The position numbers and the translations under genes were made by a program. DNA of 64,000 nucleotides from Obrimoposthia wandeli (taxonomy: Eukaryota): assembly GCA_977020255.1 (NCBI GenBank), contig CDROCS010004593.1:62001-126000 (forward strand). Direction: 5' to 3'. Position 1 is the first letter of the stretch; each line of letters opens with the position of its first letter. The notes below the pieces were generated by a model that saw only the letters and a list, made by a program, of their open reading frames with translations, searched no databases and was not told where the DNA came from. Below are positions 1 to 14,379 of this stretch, piece after piece.

Positions 1-3000
1 AATAAAAGTAAAGGTATAAAAACGTCTACTTTTAAATGTTGGAACTGTAATAGTGAAAAACACTCATTGAGAGACTGTACGAAATCGTTATATTGTAATA
101 GTTGTAAAAGAAATGGTCATATTGAGAAGTTTTGTAGAAAAACCCATTATATGGAAATGGAGAGTCACGCTGACTTAGAAGAAAGTAGTTTCAATAGGAG
201 TAAACAAAGTGTTTATGAAGTGAAAACTCTTAATAATATGAATAATAATGTTTAAAAAATATATAAAAGTAGTAAAAATAAACCTGTATCTACTACAAAA
301 AATAAAAATTAAGAAAATAAACCAATATGTTTCGGTAGAATTAATGGGCATAGAGAAACACTTCTTTTTGACACGGGCGTAGAAATAAATACAGTTAGCA
401 AAGAAATAGTCGATAAACTTAAAGTGAGCAATCGATCAGAAATTAAATTAAGAAAGTCGAATAAAAAGATAAAATGTGCTGATGGGTTCGTTATACCTAT
501 AAAGTCAGAAGTGTAATGGCTTGTTGATGTGGATGCAATACAAAAAAAGAGTAAATTTATCATAGTAAAGGATCTAAACCCCGGTATCATATTGGGAATA
601 AGAGCTCTAAAATGGTTAGACATTAATTTTACTTTAAATAAAAATGGAATTTATAGTGGATCTACTTTCGTGTTTCTAGAATCAATGCAGAAACAGTGCT
701 TCAGTCTAATAATTTAAACTGTTAGGGCGCTGTTTAGAGAGTCAAAAACAGCAAGAGCCCTGTACTCCTCAAACACTACCGAAACTAGAACAAAATAATA
801 ATGAAAATGTTGTTTATAATGTTCTTAAAACACTGCGTAGTGTAGATGAGCAGAATAAGAGTATTGTTGTAAAGCTGATTGAAGAATTTAGTGATATATT
901 TAGCCTTTCAGAATATGATATTGGTATGACATCAGAAATTGGACATAAAATTGAACTGAAAGACTCGAACCCGATAAGTGAAAGTATTAGACGAATACCA
1001 TTGAGGTTCAGGAAAATGTAGATGAGCTTATTTCAGAAATGCTTAGAAAATATATTATTCAGCCAAGTGTATCGGAATGGAATGCTCCAATTGTAGTAGT
1101 GCCGAAGAAAAACGGAGAAATTCGATTAACGATGGATTTTAGAAGATTAAATAATAAAACAAAGGTACCTACTTTTCCTATACCAGAATCTCAGCAGTTG
1201 TTTGATGCACTTCACGGATCCAAATATTTTAGCGCCATTGATCTTGCCGCAAGATATTATAACATTCCTTTATCTGAAGATGATTTTGAGAAAACAGCTT
1301 TCAGCACTAGAAAAGGGCATTGGGAATTTGTAAGAATGCCCATGGGTCTTGCAATGACTCCAGTAACGTTTCAAAGAGCGATGAAGTTAATTCTCAAGGA
1401 GGAAGATTGGAAAGAATGCCTAATTTAATTTTATGACATTCTTGTGTTTGGAAAAACACAAGAAGAGCATTTGGAAAAACTTAAAAATATTTTGGGTAAG
1501 ATAAGAAAAGCAGGTTTAAAACTTTGCCCAGAAAAAGATTATTTTTTCAGAGAAAATGTAAAATATTTAGGCCATACAGTATCCAAAGAAGGAGTAGCTA
1601 CTGACGAAGAAAAAATTCAGTGTGTTAAAAATTGGCCAAATCCTAGAACACAGGAAGATATGAGAAAATTATTAGGCCTCTGCGGGTACTTTCGAAACTA
1701 TATAAAAGATTATGCTAAAGTAGTGTTAGCACTGGAAACATCATGCATTGATATTTGGAACAAACACAAATCTAAAAAGAAACATGAATTAACTTGGTCT
1801 CATGATATCAAAAAAGCATTTAGTCATTTAAAAAGACTTTTAACAACTGTACCCATTCTAGTTATACCTAATAATAAAGATACATTTATTTTGGACACAG
1901 ATGCTTGTGATGACACGATAGGAGCAGTGCTGTCACAATGTCAAGATGGAAATGAAAAGGTTATCGCATACGCGTCTCATAAATTAACAAAAGATGAACA
2001 TCATTACTGTGTAACAAAAAAATAATTGTTGAGAGTTTATAAATATTCAAAAATGTTTCGGCATTTTCTGTTTGGAAGACGATTTATTATTAGAACTGAC
2101 CATAAATATCTTCTATGGATGATAAATGGAAATACACCGAGTACAAGTCAATTTCATGCATGGTTAAACGAATTAAGCGCTTTTGATATGGATATTAAAT
2201 ATAGAAAAGGAGAGGACCATCTAAATGCGGACTCATTATCTAGAATCCCGGAAGAATGTCATCAATGCACCATGAAACATGTAAACCCAAAAAAGAAACG
2301 AAACGTCAAAGTTATAATGAAAATGAAAATGAAAAGAGAATCAGAGTTTATTGTCGAAATATAGTAGCAGTTAATGAAAATAGCGAGCAAGAAAATAACA
2401 AAAAACATCTCATTAATACTAAAATTAATGAAAGAAAATAAGGCAAATGATCCATATCCAAAAGAATTACAAAATGGAAATAAAGAAGCAAAAACTATAT
2501 GGAAAAATAGTGAAAATTTAAGAATCAGAGGTGACTTACTACACATCATAAAAGAAGATGAGTACAAATTAATTCTACCTGAATCTAGACGATTAGAAGC
2601 CATAAGACAAGCCCATATGATGTATATAGACATATCAAAAACATAAGAGGTCATAGCTCAAATTATTACTGGCCGAACATGAATTTTGAAATTAGACTGG
2701 CTGTGACAAATTGCAAAGAATGTTTAAGACGTAAAGTAGGTAGAACTCATATCAATCAAGAAAAAGGGTCATTGTGTACTGGATACCCATTTGAACAATA
2801 TAGATAGATATTACAGGACCATACCTAGAATCAAGCAAAGATAATATATACATTTTAGGTATCTTTGACAATTTCTCTAAATATCCTATGATGATTCCGA
2901 TGAAAAATGCAACTGCAAAAACTATGTGCAAATATATATTCGAAAGATGGATGAGTTGTTTCGATATCCCTGATAAATCGAAGGAAATCATTTGAAAATG

Positions 3001-3577
3001 AATTAATGTATGAATTGTGTCACATGTTTGAAATAAGAAAAACACGAAGCACACCCTACTATCCGCAAGGTGATGGAATAATCAAAAAGCTATTTGGTAC
3101 AGCTAAGGACATAATATTTGCTACGTCACAATCCAGAAGATGTGATTGGGAAGAAGCTATACCAACAGTCGATTGGGTTTAAGAATGACAGTTAACAGAG
3201 TTACGGGTTTTTCTCCATTTGAAATAATATTTGGATGCAAAATGAAATCTATAATCCAAACAAAAAATGAGCAACTTAGGAAAATAAACAACACCAATGA
3301 GTATATAAATGAACTTAGGAAGATATTAAGTGAAATTCATAAAATGATTCGAGAAGAGACAAAGTTATTTCTACCAAAGAAAATGAAATGTGCAAACGAA
3401 TTAAAGAAAGGAGAAATGGTAATGATAAGAATACTTCCTGGTATTAAAGGAATTGATCAATCCAGATATGAAGGGCCGTATAAAGTATTAAAAATGTTAG
3501 AGAAACTATCTTATCAGTTAGAAAGAATTGCAAATAAAAAGGTAGTGGAAAGAAATATGGTACATATTAAAAAATGA
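1..3577 (+). mobile_element. Degenerate Ty3/Gypsy LTR retrotransposon internal region (gag knuckles-protease-RT-RNase H-integrase), cut by window start
   Basis: Domains in gypsy order: CCHC knuckles (CWNCNSEKHSLRDC, CNSCKRNGHIEKFC, 1-200); LLFDTG protease (361-378); RT WNAPIVVVPKK, YFSAIDL, RMPMGL (1039-1428); RNase H LDTDACDDTIGAVLSQ and IIRTDHK; integrase YWPNM..C..C, YPQGDG, TGFSPF, YEGPYKV. The YxDD motif is destroyed (CLI*FYDILVFG) and there are several stops and frameshifts. Confidence 0.95.
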
Positions 3578-3727
3578 AGGGAGAAAATACACCAGAATCA
3601 GAAACACCCACTTCTATAATATCCCAATCCATGGAACTTCCTGATCTGATAACAGAAGACGAGATGGGACAATCGCAAAAGAAACATCCTAGAATACAGA
3701 GACAGAAACCAATCCAATTCAAACAGT

Positions 3728-3747
3728 AAAGAAGAAAAGGGGGAAAA
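3728..3747 (+). promoter_or_regulatory. Polypurine tract of the Gypsy element
   Basis: All-purine run aaagaagaaaagggggaaaa after the integrase, immediately followed by TGT. Confidence 0.75.
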
Positions 3748-4009
3748 TGTCGTTAAATAATCCTTGTTTGTATATGTATTTTTGTTTTAATATTAATATT
3801 GTTAGTTGCGTAATTCAAACTTTTGTACTATCTTCTTAATTTTACAACATATAACTTAATAATTTCCATTTAGAAATGATTTGAGTGAATATATATAATT
3901 TCTTCCTGTAATTTTGTACTTGAGTATAAAAATTATTTAATTACAAAGGCTTCTTCATTTTCGTGTTCATATCTCTCCCACCCACAATAGTTTCTATGTA
4001 CCTGTGACA
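3748..4009 (+). repeat. Probable 3' LTR (~260 bp, TG...CA)
   Basis: Begins TGTCG directly after the PPT; candidate end TGTGACA at 4003-4009. The 5' LTR is outside the window, so the end cannot be confirmed. Confidence 0.55.
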
Positions 4010-7000
4010 CAGTTTTAAAAAAATAACACTTTAAAGATACATTTTTTAAAACTATATATAAAAAGGTTTTATAAAATAAAGCATGTGAAGTGAGTTTTTT
4101 AAATTTGCAATAATTTTGCGAAAATTTCTTTTATGTTTGCCAAACGCTTTTTAACAAGATATTGAAACTAAAATTTCCCTCCTTCCAAAACTTAAATTAC
4201 TTATAGGATAAACAGTGTCGAGGTTATATCACAAAATCATGCGTACTTTTGTGTTTTGAAACGAAATTATTCCTTAATACCAAGTAAAACAGTCAAATTG
4301 TCTATGAGAAAAACATTTGTTGCTAATTGATAGTAGCTTTTCAAAGCATTAAAGATTCATACGCCACATTACATGTTCTACTTTAAATGTATGTGAAAAT
4401 ACAAACATTTGTCCTGATTAAGTTTTATTGCTTTATAAATCGTAAATGACGGACGCTTAGTTTCAAAGAAGCATAATTCACAAACATATTCAGCAAAATA
4501 AGTAAGCTGCCTTTATGTCTGAATTTTGTACCAACAAGTTGGAAAATTCTGAAAAACTTAAATCTTTGAGTGTACTCACAAGTCATTGACCAAGTGCTGA
4601 GCTCTGTCTCACTATATCTACCTCAGTTCACCATCAATTCCAGATACAAAACCCTTTATTCTCATTTTCATTCATTCCAGAGATGTAGCCACGATTTCAT
4701 CAGTGTATTTTAGTCTTTATGACAATTATTGTAAATTGAATGTCGTAAATTGTGAAATAACAGTAGATAAAGAAGCTTTTGGACTTGAAATGGAGCCTTA
4801 AAGTTACGATATCGTTTTCAATATTTCCACATTTTTCATCTTTGATTGTCTTGGTAATAACCAAAGAATGTGTGGTTTCCGACTAATCTAAAGAACGTAT
4901 AGAATTAAATAAAATTGGCTACATATATTACTTTGGGCCGTTTGCAGATTGACCCCAGTCACACACATTCCCACATATGTACAGCAGTCACTGGAATCGC
5001 CTCTTTTTAATTTGAGCGATCTCGTCACAGCAAATAATCATTTATTCATTTGAACCTGACACCATGTGTCCAACCGAGGCCAGTTAAATCATGTTCAGTC
5101 ACTACACTGCAGCTAGACTAATCAATCCCAAATGAAACAAACAAAACATTTGATCAAAATGAGGCCTAAACGACCCACAAACTAGGCTTTATACTTTTAA
5201 ACGCACTTTCCGGTACTAGTAAATACATCCCACCATATCTTCCTCCGCATTATCAACGCTGGTGAGACATGGAAGAAACTGAATACACAAATTCAATGGA
5301 AACATCAGCAAAGGTTCCAAAAATAAAACCCGTCATATGAAAAGAGTCGCAAAGCAAAAGTTATAATATAACTTGGACTACAAATAATTGTTATTGTCTC
5401 GACGTATTTAGCTGTTCCACGATGTAAAGACTATGCAAGTAGGACTAAATAATTAAGAAGCTAAATAATAAGAGTCCCTGAGAAAGACAAAATAAAACAT
5501 CTGTCTAATCAAATACGCTGTCCAAAATGTACATATATTTGACCCTTCTGCTGAAACGTTCATAACAAGCAAAGTTTATGACATGGCTCTCTAACTTTCA
5601 ATAAATAACTCAACCAATACGACATAGATGTTTCGTCGTCCTCTTCAACTCATTCTCATTGGTTAAAACTGAAGCAACTCATCCAACTCTATATGTTCCT
5701 TGAATTATATTGACTATCCCTACCAAAACCCAGGCTTTCAAATAAACACCACATCTCCTTTGACTAACGGACATTTTTGACGAACCACTTTTGTCACCTT
5801 TCCCACATTGGAACAACGTTTGCCATCCACCGTGACCATACGTAACTTGTCGGTTCTTCAGTTTTCTAGTTGATCACTTGAACATCACAAGTCATCTCCC
5901 TTGCAACCAAGGCGTCCCATCTTGGTGTCTGCGCTAAACATCGGGCTTGTATTATCTTTGTTTGACTCCTGATCCCTCTGACTGGAAATCAAGTAGATCC
6001 GCTATTATTTGAAGAACTTTTCCTATGACTTCTAATATAATCGGTATTGTTCGAAAATTCATCACACCTAGTCGTATCTTGTCACTTCCTTCTGTTTAAG
6101 TCATAAATGTTACGTCGTAATGACTGCTGCTTTGGTTGACATGCATGTTCTCTTTGACTTGGTGCTATAACCAATTATGTTTATTTTTACAATTCTTCTG
6201 TCTTCATCTGAGATGTTTACCGTTCTTTCTCAAATAACATTTTCGTTAGAAATTATTACAAAATTTCATCTCTCGAACTGACTTTCATTTTTTTATTGAG
6301 ATATAATGCTTTAAAGATGAAACATTGGTATAAATAATAATTTTTCCACACTTGAGGCATGACTTTAACCCTTCATTTCTCTTTCACTTCTTTATTAAAG
6401 ATATACTTTTTTAATCCATTCAAATTACTATATATTTTATGCATCCTCACATATGTCGCTTTTCTTAGGTATTAAGTTTATTCACTGTGTTTTGTGAGTG
6501 TATAAAAATCTATACATGTCCTGAGACGTGTATATACACCTTTCAACTGCAGAAGTGTAGTTTACTGGTGGTGGATGGTACGGTGGTCAAGGTGAAAAAA
6601 TTAAATTGGAAAATTAGGCGCATGGGATACTTGGATTCCGTCAAGTGTGAATTCGAGCAGGTCCCTACGATTCCTGGCTTACTATTTAACTTCTGAAATT
6701 CAACAATTTGTCCGCACGTGTGCCGTCCGTGCCATACCACTGCCCCTAAATCCCTATATATTACATTATGAATTATATAAAGAAACGTATACGTGTTTTT
6801 TTCTATCTCGCCCCCTCCACCCCCAACACCCAAAAAAAAACTAATTAACCCCATTTAACACCCCTTAAAATTTAAAATCTCATAGTGCTCCCACAGAGGG
6901 AGGAAGGGCCTGAGAGGCCATCTAAGGCCAACGTGTGCCATTCTGGCCCGCGGTGGCTCGACGAGCAATATAAATACAGGGTTGTTGGCAAATATTTTGT

Positions 7001-8089
7001 TCTTCAACCACAATCTTTTAAATTTACCATATCTTTCATTATTCCGAAAAATCCAAACTATTTCAACTGTGATTAGTTATCTCAAAAAAATGCTTTTCTC
7101 ATACATTTTTAGTAGTTATGGGCCTACCATAACTATATTTTGGTTTTGTTTTGTCAATGTATGGGAAATTTGACGGATAAATAGATGTATCCTTGTCGTA
7201 AATTTTCCTTTCATTATAATGTTTCGGACATTCTTGACAAGTACGATACATACCACTTTTTCTCCCCAAAGTGAAAATCCTTATAAATTTTGGAGGATAG
7301 CATTTATTTTATCAAAAAGAGTAGGGGAATTTTCATGTTATTCATGCTATACTCCATCAATAAACTACAAATGATTATTTATTAGGTTGTTGCATAATCA
7401 TTGTCATTTTTAATGAATAAAAATACACATATATTAAAACATTAATTAATCAAAATCAGACTTTCTGATTCTATACATTTTTCCATAGTTTTGTAAGTCT
7501 CATAACCTGTTTGAAAAAGATCTAGTCTTGATTTCTAGTCTTGAATTACTACACACCTCCGAATTTATACATTTTATATTATCAAATGTCTGTTAATGTT
7601 GCACTTTATTCATTTTTCATCACACGTAACGTATCAATTTTTCAGTTTATTCAAAATTTTATATTTCACGTTTTATATTTCACTGAAAAATTGCAAATTC
7701 AAAAAAATAAAAAATTAAGGGAATGGCTGACGAATTCAACTGTTTCGTTTATGACAATATTTAGACACTGTTGCCCAAAATTAAAGCACTTACTCGTCAA
7801 CTATTCAATGTTTACAAAAGCGTAATGGCCTTAGGGTTGCAAATTGTCTGTTGTTTAATATGATATTAACCGCCTACAAATTATTTGAGCAGACTAAAAC
7901 AGAATTGTGCTCAATAAATGAAATATTTGAATAAAATAGATTCACTGTTGAATCGATATTTCCATATTTCGGACAGAATAGCATAAGTGGACTGAAAACT
8001 TCTGTAAACAAAATTCAAATGTGATGAAAAATTCAAATAAAAATATGAACATGGTGTGTAGAACAATTTTATCATCTTTTCAATTTTAT

Positions 8090-9060
8090 ATTAAAATTGT
8101 GACTCAGAATAGGGAAGAAATCAGAACCAAGAACGAATTAATTCTATACGAATATAAATTAGGTCATACTGCAGTGAAAGCATTCAAAAATATAAATATA
8201 GCATTTGGAAAATGTTTTGCTAATGAAAGAACCACTCAAAGATGGTTAGATACATTGGAGTGGTATCTTTGACTTAGAAGACTAACTAGGTCGTGGGGCT
8301 TTTATTAGCATACACAAAGACGACCTGCATCAGGCTGATAAAACAAAAACTTTTACTAAACATCGGGAATTATGTCTTAACCATTTACAGGCATTGTCTA
8401 CAAGGCATATAGTGAAAGCATTAGAAAAATGGTACCTCATGAATTAACAGAAATTTTTAAATAGAAATATTTACGATTTGTTCGAAACTTTAACTGAGAC
8501 AAATTGAATGCAGTATTTAGAAACTTTTGATTACTTGTGGTGAAAATTGGATAAAGTTCAACAATAGGAGACGTTCATATCAATGTGTGAAATAGATGAA
8601 GCATCACATGTGATACATATACCAACATTCCGTCAAAAAGTATATGAAAACTGTTTGGTAGTCTGGTTAGTATTATATACTGCAGCATTTTTAATGTAGG
8701 TGAAACAATTAATTCAGACTAATATTGCAACAAAATTTATATATGTCATCAAAGGTTATTATTAAAATAAACCCAGTTTAGCTAATCAGAATTGGCTTAT
8801 TTCGCTCGATGATTATTACAGATCACATATTTTGATTCAAACGCATTAGAAATTAAAGTACTTAAGTCCCTCCTATTCACCAGTCTTGACTCCAACCGAT
8901 TTTAATATTTTTAAACATTTATCTTCATTTCTAAATTGGAAGAAATTGGAAAATATAGAAAGTATAAAGTTGGAGGTGTGCGACTTCTTTGAGTCTAGAC
9001 ATCAAATGTTTTTTCAAACAGGTTTTGAATATTTTACAAAACATTGGAAAAATATATAGA
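8090..9060 (+). mobile_element. Degenerate mariner (Mos1/SETMAR-like) transposase
   Basis: ILYEYKLGHTAVKAFKNINIAFG...ERTTQRW HTH; frameshifted KW-VPHEL; LITCGENWI (TGDEKW-like); PYSPVLTPTDFNIFKHL (YSPDL motif). Many stops. Confidence 0.9.
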
Positions 9061-9288
9061 ATCAGGGGTTTTGCTTTGCTTAATTATTATTTTAATATTT
9101 TCAAACATTTATCTTCATTTCTAAATTGGAAGAAATTGGAAAATATAGAAAGTATAAAGTTGGAGGTGTGCGACTTCTTTGAGTCTAGACATCAAATGTT
9201 TTTTCAAACAGGTTTTGAATATTTTACAAAACATTGGAAAAATATATAGAATCAGGGGTTTTGCTTTGCTTAATTATTATTTTAATAT
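8899..9288. repeat. Direct tandem duplication, 190-bp unit x2
   Basis: 8899-9088 is repeated almost exactly at 9089-9278; track ORFs 8989 and 9179 begin with the same 37 residues and are offset by 190. Confidence 0.95.
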
Positions 9289-10049
9289 ATATGTATTTAT
9301 CTTATATTTGTATTTATTAAAAACTGACATTAATTATGCAACAATATTTTATATTATTTTATATCTTGAATTCAAAAATGTAAATAATTTCTTAATCACC
9401 TCAAGTTTTTATTCTATATTTATTTTAAATGTGTAAAATATTTGTTCTGGCCTGTGGTTGTAGGCCTAAACAAAGTGTAATATGAATGTTGATGCTGCAA
9501 GTTTGATCCTCATAGTGTAATCTGTCTTCGACATAGTCTTAATAGTTTAAAGATAAGTATCGATTTGGGAGAAAAGTTTAAAATGTCACGAATGCACTTT
9601 TTTTTAAACATTTTCCTATGCTATTAATAATTAAGAAATTTACGGCAAACATGTTTCAAACTATGTAGATGACTTAATGACAATGATTTATTTATAGTCT
9701 ATTGACTCTTTATTATGAAGTGGACCCAATTAATTTTGATTTTCTTCATTAAAAAATATTGTGACTCTAAGTAAAATATCCGATACCATTTTCATAATCA
9801 GGACCATAAAATTATATAAATATAAATATACATTATAAAATTTTTATTAATACACAAAAATGAAATTTTATTACTGTGACTTCTCTTTCAAATGAATTGC
9901 ACTTGTAATTTCAATATATGGATTTCTATACAAATGGACTTTGAATTAGCACTTTACTAATATTTTAAAAAGTGTTTTCTGTAGACTCTAAATCCCCACA
10001 TTTATTTTATCGGAATTTCAAAATTTAGGATGTAATCATTCAATTATTG

Positions 10050-11155
10050 TTTAAGAAATCGTAATTAATGTCCCCATATTTATGCTGAAAAGAAACTGAT
10101 TTTACTGACACATTCAGAAACATCAATAAGTATAACAATTTTGCATTCTGTAATTTGGTGTGGATGATTTTAGAAAAACACTACCAAAGCACAGAAAATA
10201 TTGGATTGAGCTGATCGCTGATTGGGTATTTCTTGCGATCAACGATCAAATCTAGATCAAGCCTGCTCTTAAAATACTGGTTTTTTTTACATTTTTCATT
10301 GATTCCAGAGTAGCAGCCACAATTTGGTGAGTGTCTTTTTACTTTCCGACATTTGCTGTAAATGTTATTTCGGAATAATTTACGTTCAAATCATAACACA
10401 AATTATTTCACTTTAAAGTTATTTTCCACAGTCTTGGGCAAACAAAACGAATAAAAGGTATGTAATATTTTCCATAGTGAATTATAAATAATGTATATCA
10501 ATGTATTGGTTCCTAAATGATTTACAGTATTACAAACATTAAGGTTTTCTACAGTATGAACTAAAGACAACTTATTTGTATATTGTAATTATAATATGAA
10601 TAAAAATGGATAGTTATTTACGAGGAAGAAAGTGCACCTTCAATGATTTTCTTATATGAATGATATTTGGAACTTCTATACACTAACATTAATCAGCAAG
10701 CATGTTGACATTCTAGCGGCCCTGATATCTGTACTCGAATTTCTTAATGGATACGCTCATTAACATTCTCACTAACTGCTTCATTTTTTGAACAGGAAAT
10801 TCTTATTTTATATTGTCCATTTTATTAACACAACTGCGGTTATCAATTAGGAATTTATTGTCAAAATCCCTGTGCATTTTACAAAAGTGCTTGTCCAACT
10901 GTCTGTTTTATCCTCATTGAAACATTTTTTGCACAAAAGGCACACTGGCTTCTCATTTACTTACATTACTACAAAATTTAGCTCCCAGCATTCTTGAAAA
11001 TTATGTGTAACGTTCTTCCAATCCCTTGTTTTAGTTATTTTAACAGTAGGTTCCGAATCCATATGCCCATCTGTATCAATAATCCCAGGATATTCGTCGG
11101 CTGCTGATTCACTTCGTTTCCGAATAATCCACTTATCCATATCTATGGAAGAAAA
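10050..11155 (-). mobile_element. Degenerate hAT (Charlie/SPIN, GTF2IRD2-like) transposase, N-terminal half
   Basis: Minus strand reads MDKWIIRKRSES...HNFQECWELNFVVM*VNEKPVCLLCKKMF...KHFCKMHRDFDNKF, a BED-type zinc finger start. Heavily interrupted downstream. Confidence 0.6.
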
Positions 11156-11799
11156 TGAATTTCAAAAATAATAAGTTAGAATATTGATTAGCCTATAAAC
11201 TATTAAGAGAGAAAATTATAATATTTTTCAATCAAAATTTCAGATCACAAAAATTAAGGAAAATTTTAAAACCATATTTTTAAAAAAACATAAATGTAGA
11301 AGTAATTAATAGATACGTACCTCAGAAAAAAAATTTAACCAGACAACTTTCTACTTATGTTTTTGAACTTAGCTTCACAAGTAAATAACTTATAAATAAA
11401 TGTATTAATAATTAATATAACTATTGGATTTCAAAGATATTGTTAAAAGAATTTTATTAAAATAGGATATATTGTAAAAATAAGGGTTTTGTGTCAATAA
11501 ACAATTTTTAACCAACCGATTCGTATGAAATCTTTTAACTTTGTGGTAAAGAATCAAATTCCCAATTTTTAAATTGTTTTCTCCACCCGGCTTATTTCGA
11601 TAGCGTGATTTGAAAAGTTTTAAACTTTTTCTGTTATTTCGCAACTTTAGAAAATTTAAAAAATTTGTTAAATATTTTCAGTTTAATAAATTTCTTTGGA
11701 AATAATATTCACCACATTTCTTGCTCAATTCGCCACCTGTGGCGATTGGCAACTGTGTTGGACCACCAGTGTCGGTTCTCACTAAAACGAATATTTTTC

Positions 11800-12290
11800 A
11801 TGATCTGCATAATTTGAGGACTATCAAAAATATTTTACACAATCCAGATATTCAAATATATCTAGCTGCATAATGTTTTCAGAAACATTTCGAATTTTGA
11901 CATTCAAGGCGGCAATGGAACTCTCCCAACATATTCGCTAGGGGACTGGAAAGGACTGGACTCATGTCACTACTCATTTCATATATTGTAACCTATCCAA
12001 CATTCGTTTAAACTTATGGCATTTTCTCCCGTTAGTACTTTTATAGCTTGTGAAAAGGTACACCTGGGAAAATATGCCTTAAAGGTAACAATGACCTCCA
12101 GGTTCACCGGTTGTATTAATGATATTCTGTTCGGTTGCAGGAAAAGTATCCTGAAATTTTCAATAAAGCGATTTTTATTATTTTTGCAATAACTTTCAAC
12201 TGCTTGGCAAAATTAATTCGCAATCCAATCTTCAAACAATTGTATTGTTAACCATCCTTTGGCTCTACATTTTCAATATGATGATTTCGG
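11800..12290 (-). mobile_element. Degenerate pogo/Tigger DDE_1 transposase
   Basis: Minus strand: PKGWLTIQLFEDWIAN*FCQAVESYCKK and FLQPNRISLIQPVNLEVIVTFKAYFPRCTFSQAI...ECWIGYNI, matching the Tigger FLPPNTTSLIQPMDQGVIxxFKAYY pattern. Confidence 0.8.
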
Positions 12291-12419
12291 TTTTCAATCA
12301 TCTTTGACATATAACATACTGTAGCCATTCCATGTTCTTTTATTTGATCCTTATTTATTATAATAGCACAAAATGTTGATTCATTCATTTTCTTATCAAG
12401 TGCTATTTTAGCATATGAT

Positions 12420-12472
12420 GTTCCATTTCCATGTATTTCCATGTATTTCCATGTATTTCAATGTATTTCAAT
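12420..12472. repeat. 10-bp tandem repeat (ccatgtattt)n
   Basis: Directly visible: tttccatgtatttccatgtatttccatgtatttcaatgtatttcaata. Confidence 0.85.
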
Positions 12473-14379
12473 AATTCCTTCATATTTCCTTCAAAGTTAG
12501 CCATTTGCACATCAAGATTTTCTTCGTGATTTATCTTTTTGTGCCACAATTTAAAAATAAACTAACTAAACAAATCCGTACTATTCAAGGACTTACAGTA
12601 CTTTTTTATCAAAAAGTACCTGAAATTAGATATTATCATTACATTTAAAATGATTACCTATTCATTATTTCACCTATGAATTTGCTTATTACAGTTAATC
12701 ATCTCTTTTTCTCTAGGTCACATCCACGCAATGAGTTCCTGTTTATCTCCATGTATCGCTGTCTGGATACTGATCTTTGTTTATTTCAGCACATGTAAGT
12801 AATTTGAATGAATATACCGATGATTAAATTTTTGTAACATTTTCTTCATTAAAGTCAAAATTATCATCGTTAAATTCATTTTTATATTTATTTTAAACAA
12901 GAAAAAATTAATCACGAAGCACTGCACAGATGTTTAATAAAAAATATGGCTACTGTGTATATTTCAATTTCTTATCCCAATGTTTTATCTGGTTAAGAGA
13001 TAAATTTCAGTAGCATTACTTCTTATTTTTTGGATTCTTAGTTAAAATCCATTTTTCACCATGGTCTTTTCAGAAGGACCACTGTTGAAATAAGTTTTAA
13101 ACTCATTTAACCCTGTTTTCTTTTGGCAGGTGTGCTTTAGTAATCATTATTTCTCGATTTAAAAATACAACAAAGAAAGAAAAGTGAGCTCCAAAATTCC
13201 ATTAGTTTATCTTTTAGACAACTGCAAAATAAATAAATATTGTTGTATTAAAATGTATTTTCATAATTTAAATTATGAGGCTGCATATATGATTTTTTTT
13301 GTTCTGTAGAGGTGACTAAATTTTTGTAACACTGTCAAAACTACATTTGTGTTAGGAAAGAGAGAAATGCACTTTCCTTATTTAATAGTAATTAATTTCT
13401 TCCAATACAAGCGAGAATTCATTTCAAAATACTATCACTGGATCCAAAATGTATTGTTTAGAAAAACCAACATATTAAAAAACTGATGCATTTAGAATAT
13501 TAAAATATCTTGAAAGTTCTCAAATCATCAGATGTTCAAGAAAATCGGCTTTCAATATAAACAGTGCAAAGTTAAACGGCGAATAGCACAAGAGACTCCA
13601 GAAATATCGACAGATTCCAACAGATTTTAAGGAAATATCTTTTACAAAATGCATAAATAAAGAGATAACTATTATATTTTGCTATTTGCCACCCATTTCA
13701 TTGCATGTTTATTTTGGTTTTCACAAAATAAACTGTGAACGTATTATTTTGTAAATTAGCAATAGCTGAAAAAATTTGACAGCCACATTAACATAACCAA
13801 ATTATGAATAGATTTATTAGCAAGACCACACGTGAGCGTCTGAACTTATAGTCGTAATAATAAATCACAATTGGCACCAGAACCTATTGATCTTTGTATT
13901 GTTCTCCACGTTGGTCCTTATCGGCATTATCTAATAAATGTACCTTAATATTTTTAAATGACAAAATATTTACACATTGTACACCACCAATCTTAATCCA
14001 ATGTTTGATATATTGATATTCAAATAGCACATCTGAAGTTGTAGCGAAGGTTATAGAGTTGCTTTTGGATTATCATAAGATTTCTTGATGAGTGTACAAT
14101 TTATTTTACTTTGATAAGAAATTATTGGAAACCTTCACTAAAACAATTAAGACACACAATTAAAAGCAAAACCTCATTTTCTCTAATGAATATTAACTGA
14201 TTAACAATATTTAGTCTGTCACTCCATTTAAAATAGATCAAGTAAACTCGACTGTTGTAAAGACTACTGCATGTCAGATGAAATCTACGAGAGGCAAAAA
14301 TATTCCTAAACCAATTTTTCTGAAGAAATTCTTGAAATAATATAATTACCGATTGTTATTATGATAGTAAACTTGTCAA

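Noticed and set aside
4400-6300. Possible decayed retroelement coding sequence on the minus strand
   Set aside because: Composition looks ex-coding, but no diagnostic motif could be read through the stops.
6880-6965. GC-rich island with several GGCC sites
   Set aside because: No partner repeat, TSD, RNA-gene pattern or convincing frame; the overlapping 60-100-aa ORFs look spurious.
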